Assembly (NCBI GenBank): GCA_965215275.1
Contig: OZ244044.1
Span: 1,568,001-1,632,000 of the forward strand
Reading direction: 5' to 3'
DNA length: 64,000 nt
Source: Thermodesulfobacteriota bacterium
GTDB lineage: Bacteria > Desulfobacterota_D > UBA1144 > Nemesobacterales > JAJCZQ01
The translations under genes and the position numbers were made by a program. Positions 32,072-42,510 of the stretch are shown one piece after another. The notes beneath the pieces are model-generated. The model did no database searches. It was not told where the DNA came from and was given only the letters and a program-made list of their open reading frames with translations. The stretch's first letter is position 1, and every line of letters starts with the position of its first letter.

Positions 32072-32938
32072 ATGAGAGAAGTTGGTGAAAAAGAATTTTT
32101 TTGCCAAGGCATAAAACATTTTTTGCCAGGGCATAGAAAACTAGTTCTTTTAGCTCTTTTTTTGAGTCTTTTCATCTCTTCCTGTGCAAAGGTACCGATT
32201 ACCGGGCGCAGCCAGCTCCTGCTTGTATCACAGGAATATGAGCAAAAGCTGGGACTGGTTGCTTTTCAGGAAGTGGTCCGAAATGAAAAGATATCATACG
32301 ACCCGGTTTATAATGCCGCGGTTGGTCGCGTGGTCAGCAGGATCGCCGGAGTTTCCAACCGTCCTGATTTTAACTGGGAATATACGGTCTTTGATGATGA
32401 CAACAATATAAACGCCTTTGCCCTGCCGGGTGGTATAGTAGGGATCTATACCGGTATTTTAAAGATAGCTGAAACCGAAGCAGGACTTGCCACCATTGTA
32501 AGCCATGAAGTCGCTCATGCAGTTGCAAGACACGGTGGAGAAAGATTCTCACGAGGACTCATTTTTCAGACACTCGCAGTGGGACTGGATGTCCTGCTTC
32601 AAGGTCTGGAAGTTAATTCAAATCTGACTTATGGTATAATGCAGGCGTATGGGATCGGTGTTGGTGTTGGGGTAGTTCTGCCTTTTAACAGGAAGCAGGA
32701 ATCTGAAGCGGATAGAATAGGGCTGGTATACATGGCACGTGCGGGATATGACCCAAGAGAAGCCATAAATTTCTGGCAAAAAATGGCAGAGTTTGAAGGA
32801 CACGACAAAGCTCCGGAGTTCTTCTTAACTCATCCTCATGCTGAAACGAGGGTCATTAACCTCCAAAAATATCTTCCTGAAGCACTTGAGATATATGAAA
32901 GATCCGATAAAGCTCCCAACTATCGGATTACGAAGTAG
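32072..32938 (+). CDS. M48 metallopeptidase lipoprotein, copy 1
   Basis: Lipobox ISSC, INAFALPGG, HEVAH, QESEAD, THP. Confidence 0.9.
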   Translation: MREVGEKEFFCQGIKHFLPGHRKLVLLALFLSLFISSCAKVPITGRSQLLLVSQEYEQKLGLVAFQEVVRNEKISYDPVYNAAVGRVVSRIAGVSNRPDFNWEYTVFDDDNNINAFALPGGIVGIYTGILKIAETEAGLATIVSHEVAHAVARHGGERFSRGLIFQTLAVGLDVLLQGLEVNSNLTYGIMQAYGIGVGVGVVLPFNRKQESEADRIGLVYMARAGYDPREAINFWQKMAEFEGHDKAPEFFLTHPHAETRVINLQKYLPEALEIYERSDKAPNYRITK

Positions 32939-33073
32939 CATTCTTTTCAGCAAGTTCCATAGGGCAAGAGGCAAAATTATAAAAGGAGATCCTTTTATAA
33001 AAGAGGTTAATGATCAAAGGGAGTTATTGGATTTTTCTCGGCTTTCCTGTATAGTGCCCTTTTTGCGAATAGT

Positions 33074-33976
33074 ATGAGAAAAATTGTTAGAAAAGAGGTT
33101 TTCTGCCAAGGCATAAAACCGACTGTTTTAGCTCTTTTTTTGAGTTTTTTCATCTCTTCCTGTGTAAAGGTACCAATATCCGCACCCAGACATGAAGACA
33201 ATGAAAAAACGATGGAGAAAGATGAGAAACGGCAAACTTCATCAACATCCACACCCGAGCGTGAATACAATAAAAAACCGGCTGAACCCAATGCCGGGCA
33301 CAGCCAGAACCAGACTGCATCACGGGAAGTTGCTTTTCAGGAAGCAGTTGACCACGTGATCAACAGGGTCGTCAGAGTTTCCAACCGTCCTGATTTTGAC
33401 TGGAAATATGAGGTCATTGATGATGACCATCAGATAAACGCCTTTGCCTTGCCAAGTGGTACAATAGGGATCTATACAGGTATTTTACATATAGCTGAAA
33501 CCGAAGCGGAACTTGCCGTCATTTTAGGCCATGAAGTCGCTCATGTGGTTGCAGGACACGGTGAGAAAAGAGTATCATCACGGGAACGCTCTGATTACCT
33601 ATGTGGAGGAGGGGTACTGGGTGTCATTAGAAGAAGAGGTCTGAGCGTTAGATCAATTGTAGTTTCCGGTATAATGTTAGCAGCGTGTAAGTTCGGAGTT
33701 GATGTTGGACTTGTCAAGCCTTTCAGCAGAAAACAGGAAGCTGAAGCAGATAGAATGGGGCTGGCATACATGGCACGTGCGGGATATGACCCAAGAGAAG
33801 CCATAAATGTCTGGCAAAAAATGGCAGAGTTTGAAAGACGTGACAAAGCTCCGGAGTTTTTATTAACTCATCCTCATGCTGAAACGAGGATCATGAACCT
33901 CCAGAAATATCTTCCTGAAGCACTTGAGATATATGAAAGATCTTATAAAGCTTCTAATTATCGGATCACGAAGTAG
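33074..33976 (+). CDS. M48 metallopeptidase lipoprotein, tandem copy 2
   Basis: ISSC, INAFALPSG, HEVAH; C-terminus nearly identical to copy 1. Confidence 0.88.
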   Translation: MRKIVRKEVFCQGIKPTVLALFLSFFISSCVKVPISAPRHEDNEKTMEKDEKRQTSSTSTPEREYNKKPAEPNAGHSQNQTASREVAFQEAVDHVINRVVRVSNRPDFDWKYEVIDDDHQINAFALPSGTIGIYTGILHIAETEAELAVILGHEVAHVVAGHGEKRVSSRERSDYLCGGGVLGVIRRRGLSVRSIVVSGIMLAACKFGVDVGLVKPFSRKQEAEADRMGLAYMARAGYDPREAINVWQKMAEFERRDKAPEFLLTHPHAETRIMNLQKYLPEALEIYERSYKASNYRITK

Positions 33977-34168
33977 CATTCTGTTCAGCAAATTCTGTTA
34001 TGACACTGGGTAAAGGGTAAAAATTACAGAAGGAAAAATATTATCCTCTTCCTGCCAGAGAATGCACATCGGGAAATGGAAATAAAGAACGGCTCCCCGG
34101 CCCTTCAAAGGTCTGTAAAGACGTCATTTATCAGAAGGACCTGGTCGATTTAGGCATATAGGTTTTTA

Positions 34169-34207
34169 TTAACTATAAATTCATTGTTTATTAATGTTAT
34201 TTTAACA
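34169..34207 (+). promoter_or_regulatory. Putative Pho box
   Basis: TTAACT, TTCATT, TTAATG and TTAACA at 11-bp spacing (34169, 34180, 34191, 34202) upstream of pstS. Confidence 0.55.
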
Positions 34208-34255
34208 AGTTCCTTTGACAATATATACCTAATTTGTTAAAGGAGGTTTTAAGCG

Positions 34256-35221
34256 ATGAGAATTTTTCTTACGCTCTTGGTATTTTCTTTATTTTTAAGT
34301 TTAAACGACGGTTTTGCTCAAACTGTTAAAGTTGATCCTTCATTGCCAACCTATAAGAAAGTAAGTGGTGTTTCTGGTAACATTAACAGTGTAGGGTCGG
34401 ACACTATGAATAATCTGATGACGCTTTGGTGTGAAGGATTTAACAGGTATTATCCAAACGTAAGGTGTCAGATAGAAGGTAAGGGGTCAAGTACCGCTCC
34501 ACCTTCTTTAATTGAAGGGACTTCCCAGTTTGGCCCGATGTCAAGGGCGATGAAGGGAAAAGAGACCGATGCTTTTGAAAAGGCCAAAGGTTACAAGCCT
34601 ACTTCCATACCGACCTCGATCGATACGCTGGCAGTTTACGTCAACAAGGATAATCCGATAAACTGTCTTACCGTTAAGCAGGTGGATGCTATATTCTCCA
34701 AAACGAGAAATTGCGGTCGTGCCAGGGATATAAGCGTCTGGGACAAGTTGGTCATTGACTATAACTGGAGGAATAAACCGATCAGTATATATGGCAGGAA
34801 CTCTGCTTCTGGTACATATGGTTATTTCAAGAAGAAAGCTCTTTGCAAAGGTGACTACAAAGACACTGTAAAAGAGCAACCTGGTTCCGCTTCGGTCGTG
34901 CAAGGTATAACAGAAGACCTTGCCGGAATTGGGTATAGTGGTATAGGTTACAAGACTTCTGGTGTAAAAGCGGTTCAACTTGCCAAGAGGGTTGGACGGT
35001 GTGCGGCGCCCAGTCTTGAAAACGTTGTCAGTGGCAGGTATCCACTTGGAAGATATCTATATCTTTACGTTAATAAACAGCCAAACAAGAGCCTTGACCC
35101 TTTAAGGAAGGAGTTTTTGTTTTACGTGCTGAGCAAGGAAGGTCAGCGGATCGTTGTTAAAGACGGTTATCTGCCTCTTCCAGCCGGCAAGGTGGCTGAA
35201 CTTAGAGCCAAGATCAACTGA
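34256..35221 (+). CDS. pstS: Phosphate ABC transporter substrate-binding protein
   Basis: GSDTM, GKGSSTAPP, GRNSASGTY. Confidence 0.95.
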   Translation: MRIFLTLLVFSLFLSLNDGFAQTVKVDPSLPTYKKVSGVSGNINSVGSDTMNNLMTLWCEGFNRYYPNVRCQIEGKGSSTAPPSLIEGTSQFGPMSRAMKGKETDAFEKAKGYKPTSIPTSIDTLAVYVNKDNPINCLTVKQVDAIFSKTRNCGRARDISVWDKLVIDYNWRNKPISIYGRNSASGTYGYFKKKALCKGDYKDTVKEQPGSASVVQGITEDLAGIGYSGIGYKTSGVKAVQLAKRVGRCAAPSLENVVSGRYPLGRYLYLYVNKQPNKSLDPLRKEFLFYVLSKEGQRIVVKDGYLPLPAGKVAELRAKIN

Positions 35222-35272
35222 TGAGAAATCCCTTGATGGTTTTAGATTTGAATCTATAATTGACTGTATCAG

Positions 35273-35307
35273 GCACTTCGGAAGCTGTAACTTCCGAAGT
35301 GCTTTTT
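35273..35307 (+). terminator. Hairpin plus T-run after pstS
   Basis: GCACTTCGGAAG-ctgtaa-CTTCCGAAGTGC-TTTTT, 12-bp perfect stem. Confidence 0.8.
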
Positions 35308-35345
35308 AATATCCGTTATGAAAGAGGTAAAACCAGGCCGGTCCA

Positions 35346-37622
35346 GTGAATAAGTTAGAAGACAGTTCTCAAAAAGAAAAAGCAATAAACAGGAGAAAGA
35401 TCTATGACAGATTGTCCTCCCTGGTCGTTACGTCGGGAGGTATTACGATAATCCTGTCTATAATCGCCATGTTGCTGTTTATAGGGATCGAGATAGTTCC
35501 GCTTTGGCAAAAACCTCAAACGTCCCTTATAAATAACTTTTCTGTCACGGACCCTTTGTCTGGTGCAGCCGGCAAAGATGAGATCCTGCTGGTTGGAACG
35601 GAAGAGTACCGAGAGATCGCTTTTCTGCTTGATAAGAACGGGATTGCAAGTTTCATCCGTCTGGACGATGGGTCTGTAATTAGCGAAGAAGACATTATGA
35701 CCGGCGAAATCGGCAAGGTGTCTTCCGTATATGTTATGGAGATGAACAGATCCTATGCGGTCGCTACCGATAAAGGATGGATACTGCCTTTTCAGATCAA
35801 ATACGGCGTTACTTATGATGATGAGAATTTAAGAAAAATAACCCCTCGTATAGTTAAGTTCGATCCGGTCAACGTGGCTGACGGTAAAGTGAAGAAGTTC
35901 GCCTTCCAGAAAGAGGATTTTGAAGATCCTGACGGTTCCTATGTGGCTGCTTTTCTCACTGATGCGAACCAGTTCGGAATTCAGAGCGTTGAAGTATCGG
36001 AGGATGATTTTTTCGGCCCTTCTGCGCCCGTGGAAAGCACAGCAGATTTATCAGATAGAACAGATACAAGCCGTATAATGGAGATAGAAATTGATTCTTT
36101 TTTGCACAATCTGTACGTGGGGACGTCAGATGGACGGATACTGCACTGGAGCATCAAAGATAAATCCTCTCCTGTTCTGATGGAAAAAATAACTGCCACG
36201 AGCAGTTCTGATATCGGTGTTTCCTCACTTGGTTTTCTGATCGGGAACAAGTCCGTTGTCGTTGGCAGCACGGACGGCGATCTAAGTGTATGGTTCCCTG
36301 TAAAGAACGAAGAAGGTGAAGGGGTACTGACCAGGGTACACGTCTTGCCAGGAATGAATGGAAGCATCTCGGGGTTTTCCAAATCCATAAGGGACAGGGG
36401 TTTTATAGTAAGTGACACGACGGGGAACGTGGGAGTTTATCATGCAACCTCAAATACTCTTTATGCCAGTTTGAAAGGTGATAATAAGAACTATGTCTCC
36501 ATCTCATTTGCACCGAGGGCGGACGGTATAGTCGCCGTGGACGTTGAAGGAAGGGTAAAGCACTGGCTCGTTGATAACCCGCACCCGGAGACCAACCTGA
36601 GAACGCTTTTTGGAAAAGTGTGGTACGAGGGCTACTCGGAGCCTGCATACGTCTGGCAGTCTACCGGGGGAACCGATGAATTCGAGACAAAACTGAGCCT
36701 TACGCCGTTAATTTACGGAACGTTAAAAGGTGCGTTCTATGCACTTTTATTTGCCATACCGCTTGCCGTTCTCAGTGCGATCTGCGTGTCTCAGTTCATG
36801 CATCCGAGCCATAGAAATGTCATCAAACCTATTATAGAGATCATGGCTGCACTTCCAAGCGTGGTACTTGGTTTTTTTGCCGGACTTTGGATGGCTCCAA
36901 AGATCGAGAAGATATTTCCTGCTGTTATGGCAATGTTCGTGGTCATTCCGGTCTTTGCGATCATATCCGTTTATTTATGGAACAAACTGCCCGTCAGGTT
37001 TACAAAGAGCTTCAGGGTTGGCACGGAACTGTTCCTTCTGATCCCCGTAATAATTGCGGCTGTGCTTTTATGCCTTGAGTTTAATTCAACTCTGGAAAAT
37101 GCCGTTTTTGCCGGTGATTACAAAGCATGGTTTTACAGTGTTATGGGACTTCAATACGATCAGCGCAACTCTCTTGTGGTCGGGTTTGCCATGGGCTTTG
37201 CCGTTATTCCTATCATTTTTACGATTTCGGAGGATGCACTTTCAAGCGTGCCTAAGATCCTGACTTCTGGTTCTCTTGCACTGGGTGCCAGCAGATGGCA
37301 GACGGCGACCAGGATCGTGCTGCCTTCTGCAAGTCCCGGGATTTTTTCTGCCGTTATGATAGGGCTTGGAAGAGCCGTTGGTGAGACGATGATCGTACTT
37401 ATGGCCACGGGTAACACTCCTGTGATGGACTGGAGTTTCTTTAATGGGTTCAGGGCCCTTTCTGCAAATATTGCCGTTGAACTTCCCGAGGCTCCTCATG
37501 GAGGCACGCTTTACAGGGTACTTTTTCTTGCTGCAATGCTTTTATTCCTGTTTACGTTCGTTGTGAATACTCTTGCTGAAATTATAAGACAGAGGTTGAG
37601 AAAAAAATACGGGCAGTTGTGA
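35346..37622 (+). CDS. pstC: Phosphate ABC permease PstC (long form with periplasmic domain)
   Basis: KVWYEGY, WQSTGG, SLALGASRWQT, GRAVGETM. Confidence 0.92.
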   Translation: MNKLEDSSQKEKAINRRKIYDRLSSLVVTSGGITIILSIIAMLLFIGIEIVPLWQKPQTSLINNFSVTDPLSGAAGKDEILLVGTEEYREIAFLLDKNGIASFIRLDDGSVISEEDIMTGEIGKVSSVYVMEMNRSYAVATDKGWILPFQIKYGVTYDDENLRKITPRIVKFDPVNVADGKVKKFAFQKEDFEDPDGSYVAAFLTDANQFGIQSVEVSEDDFFGPSAPVESTADLSDRTDTSRIMEIEIDSFLHNLYVGTSDGRILHWSIKDKSSPVLMEKITATSSSDIGVSSLGFLIGNKSVVVGSTDGDLSVWFPVKNEEGEGVLTRVHVLPGMNGSISGFSKSIRDRGFIVSDTTGNVGVYHATSNTLYASLKGDNKNYVSISFAPRADGIVAVDVEGRVKHWLVDNPHPETNLRTLFGKVWYEGYSEPAYVWQSTGGTDEFETKLSLTPLIYGTLKGAFYALLFAIPLAVLSAICVSQFMHPSHRNVIKPIIEIMAALPSVVLGFFAGLWMAPKIEKIFPAVMAMFVVIPVFAIISVYLWNKLPVRFTKSFRVGTELFLLIPVIIAAVLLCLEFNSTLENAVFAGDYKAWFYSVMGLQYDQRNSLVVGFAMGFAVIPIIFTISEDALSSVPKILTSGSLALGASRWQTATRIVLPSASPGIFSAVMIGLGRAVGETMIVLMATGNTPVMDWSFFNGFRALSANIAVELPEAPHGGTLYRVLFLAAMLLFLFTFVVNTLAEIIRQRLRKKYGQL

Positions 37623-39253
37623 TCCGGTCGTTAATAATGAAAAAAATGTTTAAAAACGGAGATGTTCTTATATGGATGACCGGTGTGTCACTTATATGCA
37701 GCCTTCTTATGATAATCGGGCTGATCTTCCTGATCGCGACAAAGGGACTTGGTTTTTTCTGGCCCCATAACGTGGTAGAGCTCAGAATGAAAGATGATCG
37801 TGTGTATCTCGGTCAGCTTGCAGGAGAGGAGGTCATTCCTCAGCGGAGGGACACGGACGTAAAAGAGTACAGGACCAGGCTCAAGATCGGCAATAGGGAT
37901 ATTTACGGACTGGACTTTACATGGGTTAACAACAAAATGGCAGAAAAAAAGTCCCTTCCAAAGGATGCTGTAGTGCTCGAGAGGCGTGAGTGGGGTAATT
38001 TCTACGGTTTTTTAAAGGCGATAGAAATAGACGGCAGAACTATAGACGGAGGAGACAGGGAAGCTTTTTCGTCTTTACAGGGATTGATCTCCCGTGCGAG
38101 AAAGATCAGCGCGGAGATCACCGAGATCGAGAAAGGTGAGATCGGAGATATAAACTACAATATAGAAAAACTGAGGCTGAAAATAAGGCGCATAGAGCTT
38201 TCAGGGGAAGAGGACCTTTCGGCGATCGCCGAATTAAAAAATAAAATAAAAGCGGAAGAAGCGAAATATATAGAGAGAGAAGAGGAACTTGATCAGCTCT
38301 ATGGTCAGCTGGTAGCGGACAGCGTCGTTGTGAGATCGGTTGAAGGAACGGAAAAGCATCTTCACGCCGGACTGATCGTCAGGGCTTTTAAGCCAAACTC
38401 AATGGGATTTTTTGCCAAACTCAGACACTACGTTTCCAAGCTCTGGGAGTTCGTTGCTGATAATCCAAGAGAAGCCAATACAGAGGGGGGAGTGTTCCCG
38501 GCGATCTTTGGAACTGTTCTTATGGTGCTTATAATGAGCATAGTCGTAATGCCGCTTGGGGTGCTTGCAGCTTTATACCTTAGAGAGTATGCAAAGCAGG
38601 GCTGGATGGTGCGTATAGTAAGAATATGCGTTAATAACCTGGCGGGAGTTCCTTCGATCGTGTTCGGTGTTTTTGGAGTGGGTTTCTTTCTGTATAGCGT
38701 CGGAGGAACGATAGATACCTTGTTCTACAGCGAATCACTTCCCAACCCGACGTTCGGAACGGGCGGGATACTGTGGGCTTCGTTAACTCTGGCACTGTTA
38801 ACCGTACCCGTTGTCATCGTTGCCACTGAGGAAGGACTTGCCGCCGTACCCAGGAACATAAAAGAGGGTTCTCTGGCGCTTGGTGCCACAAAGTTTGAGA
38901 CCGTCTGTAAGGTTATTATTCCAAGTGCGCTGCCTGCCATATTAACCGGTCTGATACTTGCTATTGCCAGGGCGACGGGTGAAGTTGCACCCCTTATGAT
39001 CACAGGGGTTGTGAAACTGGCTCCCGATCTTCCAATAGATGGTTATTTTCCGTTTATCCATCTTGAAAGAAAATTTATGCATCTTGGCTTTCATATATAT
39101 GACGTTGGTTTTCAGTCGCCTAACGTGGAGGCTGCAAAACCAATGGTTTACACGACGGCGTTCTTACTGATACTGATAGTGGTTATTTTAAACCTGACTG
39201 CTATAATCATAAGAAACAGATTAAAGAAAAAATATATGTCATCGGCAGTATGA
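37619..39253 (+). CDS. pstA: Phosphate ABC permease PstA
   Basis: PREANTEGGVFPAIFGT, NLAGVPSIV, ARATGEVAP. Confidence 0.94.
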   Translation: MIRSLIMKKMFKNGDVLIWMTGVSLICSLLMIIGLIFLIATKGLGFFWPHNVVELRMKDDRVYLGQLAGEEVIPQRRDTDVKEYRTRLKIGNRDIYGLDFTWVNNKMAEKKSLPKDAVVLERREWGNFYGFLKAIEIDGRTIDGGDREAFSSLQGLISRARKISAEITEIEKGEIGDINYNIEKLRLKIRRIELSGEEDLSAIAELKNKIKAEEAKYIEREEELDQLYGQLVADSVVVRSVEGTEKHLHAGLIVRAFKPNSMGFFAKLRHYVSKLWEFVADNPREANTEGGVFPAIFGTVLMVLIMSIVVMPLGVLAALYLREYAKQGWMVRIVRICVNNLAGVPSIVFGVFGVGFFLYSVGGTIDTLFYSESLPNPTFGTGGILWASLTLALLTVPVVIVATEEGLAAVPRNIKEGSLALGATKFETVCKVIIPSALPAILTGLILAIARATGEVAPLMITGVVKLAPDLPIDGYFPFIHLERKFMHLGFHIYDVGFQSPNVEAAKPMVYTTAFLLILIVVILNLTAIIIRNRLKKKYMSSAV

Positions 39254-39283
39254 TCTAATTCTGTTTTTAAGGAGATCTGTAAA

Positions 39284-40147
39284 TTGCAAACAGCAAATTT
39301 TGAGCAGATAAACGAAACCGTGGATAAAGTAAATAAACAAACAGAGCTTCCCAACGAGATAAAAAGCGACCCTTCGGTGATCCGTGAGGTTCATGACCCC
39401 GTTGTTGAGGTGCAGAACCTGCACTTAAGCTACGGTTCCCAGGAAGCACTGACCGATATCTGTGTTTCCATACCGAAAAATAAAGCCACGGCCTTTATTG
39501 GTCCCTCAGGGTGTGGAAAGTCAACTCTTCTCAGATGTTTTAACAGATTGAACGACCTTATAGATGATTGTCACATCAGAGGTGAGATCAGGATCAACGG
39601 AGAGAATATATACACGTCGACCATTGACATTACGGATCTCAGAAAAAGGGTCGGGATGGTCTTTCAGAAATCCAATCCATTCCCGAAGTCGATCTATGAG
39701 AACGTTGCGTATGGTGCACGAATAGCAGGTATAACAAAAAATGAAATTATAGATGAAATAGTGGAGAGGAGTCTCAAGGGTGCCGCCCTCTGGGATGAGG
39801 TGAAAGACAGATTGAACGATAGTGCTCTCGGAATATCAGGAGGACAGCAACAGAGGCTGTGTATAGCAAGAGCGATTGCGGTTGAACCTGAAGTCCTGCT
39901 GATGGATGAACCGTGTTCCGCTCTTGACCCGATCGCAACGGGCAAAATTGAAGATCTTGTAACTAAATTAAAAGAAAAATACACGATCGTTATAGTTACT
40001 CACAATATGCAGCAGGCTTCCCGGGTATCCGATTACACGGCTTTTATGTATTTAGGGGAGTTAATAGAGTACGATAAGACCGAGAATATATTTCTTAATC
40101 CTTCGGTAAAACAGACGGAAGATTACGTCTCTGGAAAATTTGGCTGA
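39284..40147 (+). CDS. pstB: Phosphate ABC ATPase
   Basis: [31 protein letters not shown]. Confidence 0.96.
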   Translation: MQTANFEQINETVDKVNKQTELPNEIKSDPSVIREVHDPVVEVQNLHLSYGSQEALTDICVSIPKNKATAFIGPSGCGKSTLLRCFNRLNDLIDDCHIRGEIRINGENIYTSTIDITDLRKRVGMVFQKSNPFPKSIYENVAYGARIAGITKNEIIDEIVERSLKGAALWDEVKDRLNDSALGISGGQQQRLCIARAIAVEPEVLLMDEPCSALDPIATGKIEDLVTKLKEKYTIVIVTHNMQQASRVSDYTAFMYLGELIEYDKTENIFLNPSVKQTEDYVSGKFG

Positions 40148-40153
40148 TGACTG

Positions 40154-40558
40154 ATGAAGAAGGCAGTTTTGTTCCTGTGTACTCATAACTCTTCAAGATC
40201 ACAAATGGCCGAGGGGATTATGAACCATTACCTTGGTGAAAGGTACCAGGCTTTCAGTGCGGGGACCCGGCCGAAAGGGGTGAACAGGTTTGCGGTGGAG
40301 GCAATGACGGATATTGGAATAGATATAAGAGGTCATTACTCAAAGGACGTGGATGAGCTTAGAGACAGGGAATTCAGCTGTGTTGTCACCGTTTGTGACG
40401 GTGCTCGGGAAGTCTGTCCGGTCTTTGAAGGTACAAGCGTTATTCACAAGGGATTTGCGGACCCGACTTTACCGGCGGGAACGGATGAAGACAAACTGGC
40501 CTGTTTCAAAAATATAAGGGATCAGATAAAAGACTGGATATTAAGCAGTTTCAGTTGA
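40154..40558 (+). CDS. arsC: Arsenate reductase (thioredoxin-type, LMW-PTP fold)
   Basis: CTHNSSRSQMAEG and TVCDGAREVCP. Confidence 0.85.
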   Translation: MKKAVLFLCTHNSSRSQMAEGIMNHYLGERYQAFSAGTRPKGVNRFAVEAMTDIGIDIRGHYSKDVDELRDREFSCVVTVCDGAREVCPVFEGTSVIHKGFADPTLPAGTDEDKLACFKNIRDQIKDWILSSFS

Positions 40559-40580
40559 ATACGCAAAGAATAAAAGCACT

Positions 40581-41246
40581 ATGATCAGATTTGAAGAGGA
40601 ACTGATAGAACTGAACAAGATGATCTCCGAGATCGGTTCGGAAGTTGAGGACATGATAGCAAGAAGTATAAAGTCCCTGATCGATAAGAACATGATAATG
40701 GCACAGGAGGTCATAAACAACGATAAAAAGATCAACACCATGGAGATCGCCATAGATAATCAGGCTATTAAGGTCCTTGGGCTGTATCAGCCTGAGGCCA
40801 AGGACCTGAGGATCATTACAATGATCATGAAGATCAACAATGACCTGGAACGAATAGGTGATCATTCCGTGAGCATTGCAAAACTTTCTCTGTATCTTTC
40901 GGAACAGCCTGCTATCAAACCTTTGATAGATATACCAAGGATGGCGGATAAATCCATGGAAATGCTAAGAGATGCTCTGAACTGTTTTATAAACAGGGAC
41001 GCTGAAACTGCAGTTCTTGTGTGTAAGAAAGATGATGAGGTGGATAATCTGGAAACGCAGATAGTGAGAGAACTGATGACCTACATTATGTCCGACCCTA
41101 AGATCCTTGATAGAGCGTTCAGGTTGATATTTGTTGCCAGGCATCTGGAAAGAGTAGCGGACCTGGCTACCAATATAGCCGAGGGTGCCTATTACGTTGC
41201 AACGGGTAAGGTCCTTAAACATCATCACACCTCGGAGATGAACTGA
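40581..41246 (+). CDS. phoU: Phosphate signalling protein PhoU
   Basis: QPEAKDLR, DLERIGDH, LERVADLATNIAE. Confidence 0.95.
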   Translation: MIRFEEELIELNKMISEIGSEVEDMIARSIKSLIDKNMIMAQEVINNDKKINTMEIAIDNQAIKVLGLYQPEAKDLRIITMIMKINNDLERIGDHSVSIAKLSLYLSEQPAIKPLIDIPRMADKSMEMLRDALNCFINRDAETAVLVCKKDDEVDNLETQIVRELMTYIMSDPKILDRAFRLIFVARHLERVADLATNIAEGAYYVATGKVLKHHHTSEMN

Positions 41247-41310
41247 CGGTTGTAGGTCATGCAGCTGGTATAGTTCATATGGTTATGAAAGCAGGACCAA
41301 CGAACAACGG

Positions 41311-42102
41311 TCACTCGCCTTCAAAGATCGGTTTTCTTCCTTCTTCAAATGCACTTCTGCCTTCTTTGTAGTCTTTACTGCTTTGTACTTTCTGGAACAG
41401 CTTTTTTATTAATTCCTCATCCTCTGGTGCAATGTTCTGATCTTTTTGCCAAACGTTGATCAGTTTCTTCATTGTGCTCAGAGAAAGCGGGGCGTTACGT
41501 GATATTCCAACTGCCAGGTCGTTTGTGAACTTCTCGATTTCATTTTTACTTATAACGTGGTTGACCAGTCCTGTTTTCTCGGCCCTTGCCGCGTTTATGG
41601 TATTTCCGGTCAGAAAGAGTTCCTTGGTATTAGCGATGCCGATCAGGTTCAGGAATTTTTTTGTTCCGGAATACGAATAAACCAGTCCCAGCTTTGCAGG
41701 TGGAATGCCCATTTTTGCCGTGTTAACGCACACCCGTATGTCGCAGGTGACGGCTAATTCAAGCCCGGCACCGAAGGTGTGACCATTCATCATTGCGATC
41801 ACCGGATACGGAAAGTCCTCTATTGCACCGAGACATTCCTCAAGTGGATGTCCTTTTCTGAATTCCCTCGTCATATCGTCGTCCCGTATCAATGTAATGT
41901 CGTAGCCGGAAGAAAAGATATTGTTTCCCATGCCCTTTATGATCGCACATCTTGTACCTTCGATAAGCTCCTTCTGTGTCAGTGCTTCTCTTATCTCGCT
42001 TAGCATAACGGGAGACAGGGCATTTCTCTTGTTCGGATTGTTAAGAGCGATGGTAATGACCGCTCCTGCTTTGGTGAAAGCTATTTCCTTGAAATCCATC
42101 AT
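41311..42102 (-). CDS. Enoyl-CoA hydratase/isomerase family protein
   Basis: FSSGYDI, GAGLELAVTCD, PPAKLG. Confidence 0.9.
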   Translation of the reverse strand: MMDFKEIAFTKAGAVITIALNNPNKRNALSPVMLSEIREALTQKELIEGTRCAIIKGMGNNIFSSGYDITLIRDDDMTREFRKGHPLEECLGAIEDFPYPVIAMMNGHTFGAGLELAVTCDIRVCVNTAKMGIPPAKLGLVYSYSGTKKFLNLIGIANTKELFLTGNTINAARAEKTGLVNHVISKNEIEKFTNDLAVGISRNAPLSLSTMKKLINVWQKDQNIAPEDEELIKKLFQKVQSSKDYKEGRSAFEEGRKPIFEGE

Positions 42103-42313
42103 ACTCTGATACCTGAGGGTGTTAATAAAGAGAAACTGAAGTAACTAGCACAGGGAAATGACCGCGGGTCGTCAGCAGGTCTTCTTTACACGGTATATCT
42201 CTGCAGTTCCCGTTTGCCTTTCAATGTTTTCGTAATTTTGTTTCATAATTAAGATTTTGGAAATATATATTTAACTGTGCGAAAATAAAGTATAACCTTT
42301 GTATATTTATCAA

Positions 42314-42342
42314 TTGACATCACAGCAGAGCAGAAGTAAAAT
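42314..42342 (+). promoter_or_regulatory. Sigma70-type promoter of S8-like paralog 2
   Basis: TTGACA-N17-TAAAAT. Confidence 0.65.
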
Positions 42343-42388
42343 ATCAATGTTATGAAAATACCAAACATAAAAACGTGTAGTTCCATTA

Positions 42389-42467
42389 CCCCCCCCCGTG
42401 TATACCTGAACTTTCAGTTATATATAAGTGTTTTGTAAGAACAATGTTTAAGATAATACCCCCCCCC
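42389..42467 (+). repeat. Two poly-C tracts (C9 at 42389-42397, C9 at 42459-42467)
   Basis: Same leader as paralog 1; both tracts shift the upstream ATGs out of the main frame. Confidence 0.65.
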
Positions 42468-42510
42468 ATCTAAGTCATTACTAACTTTAGTCTTTATTCT
42501 TCTGATTATT

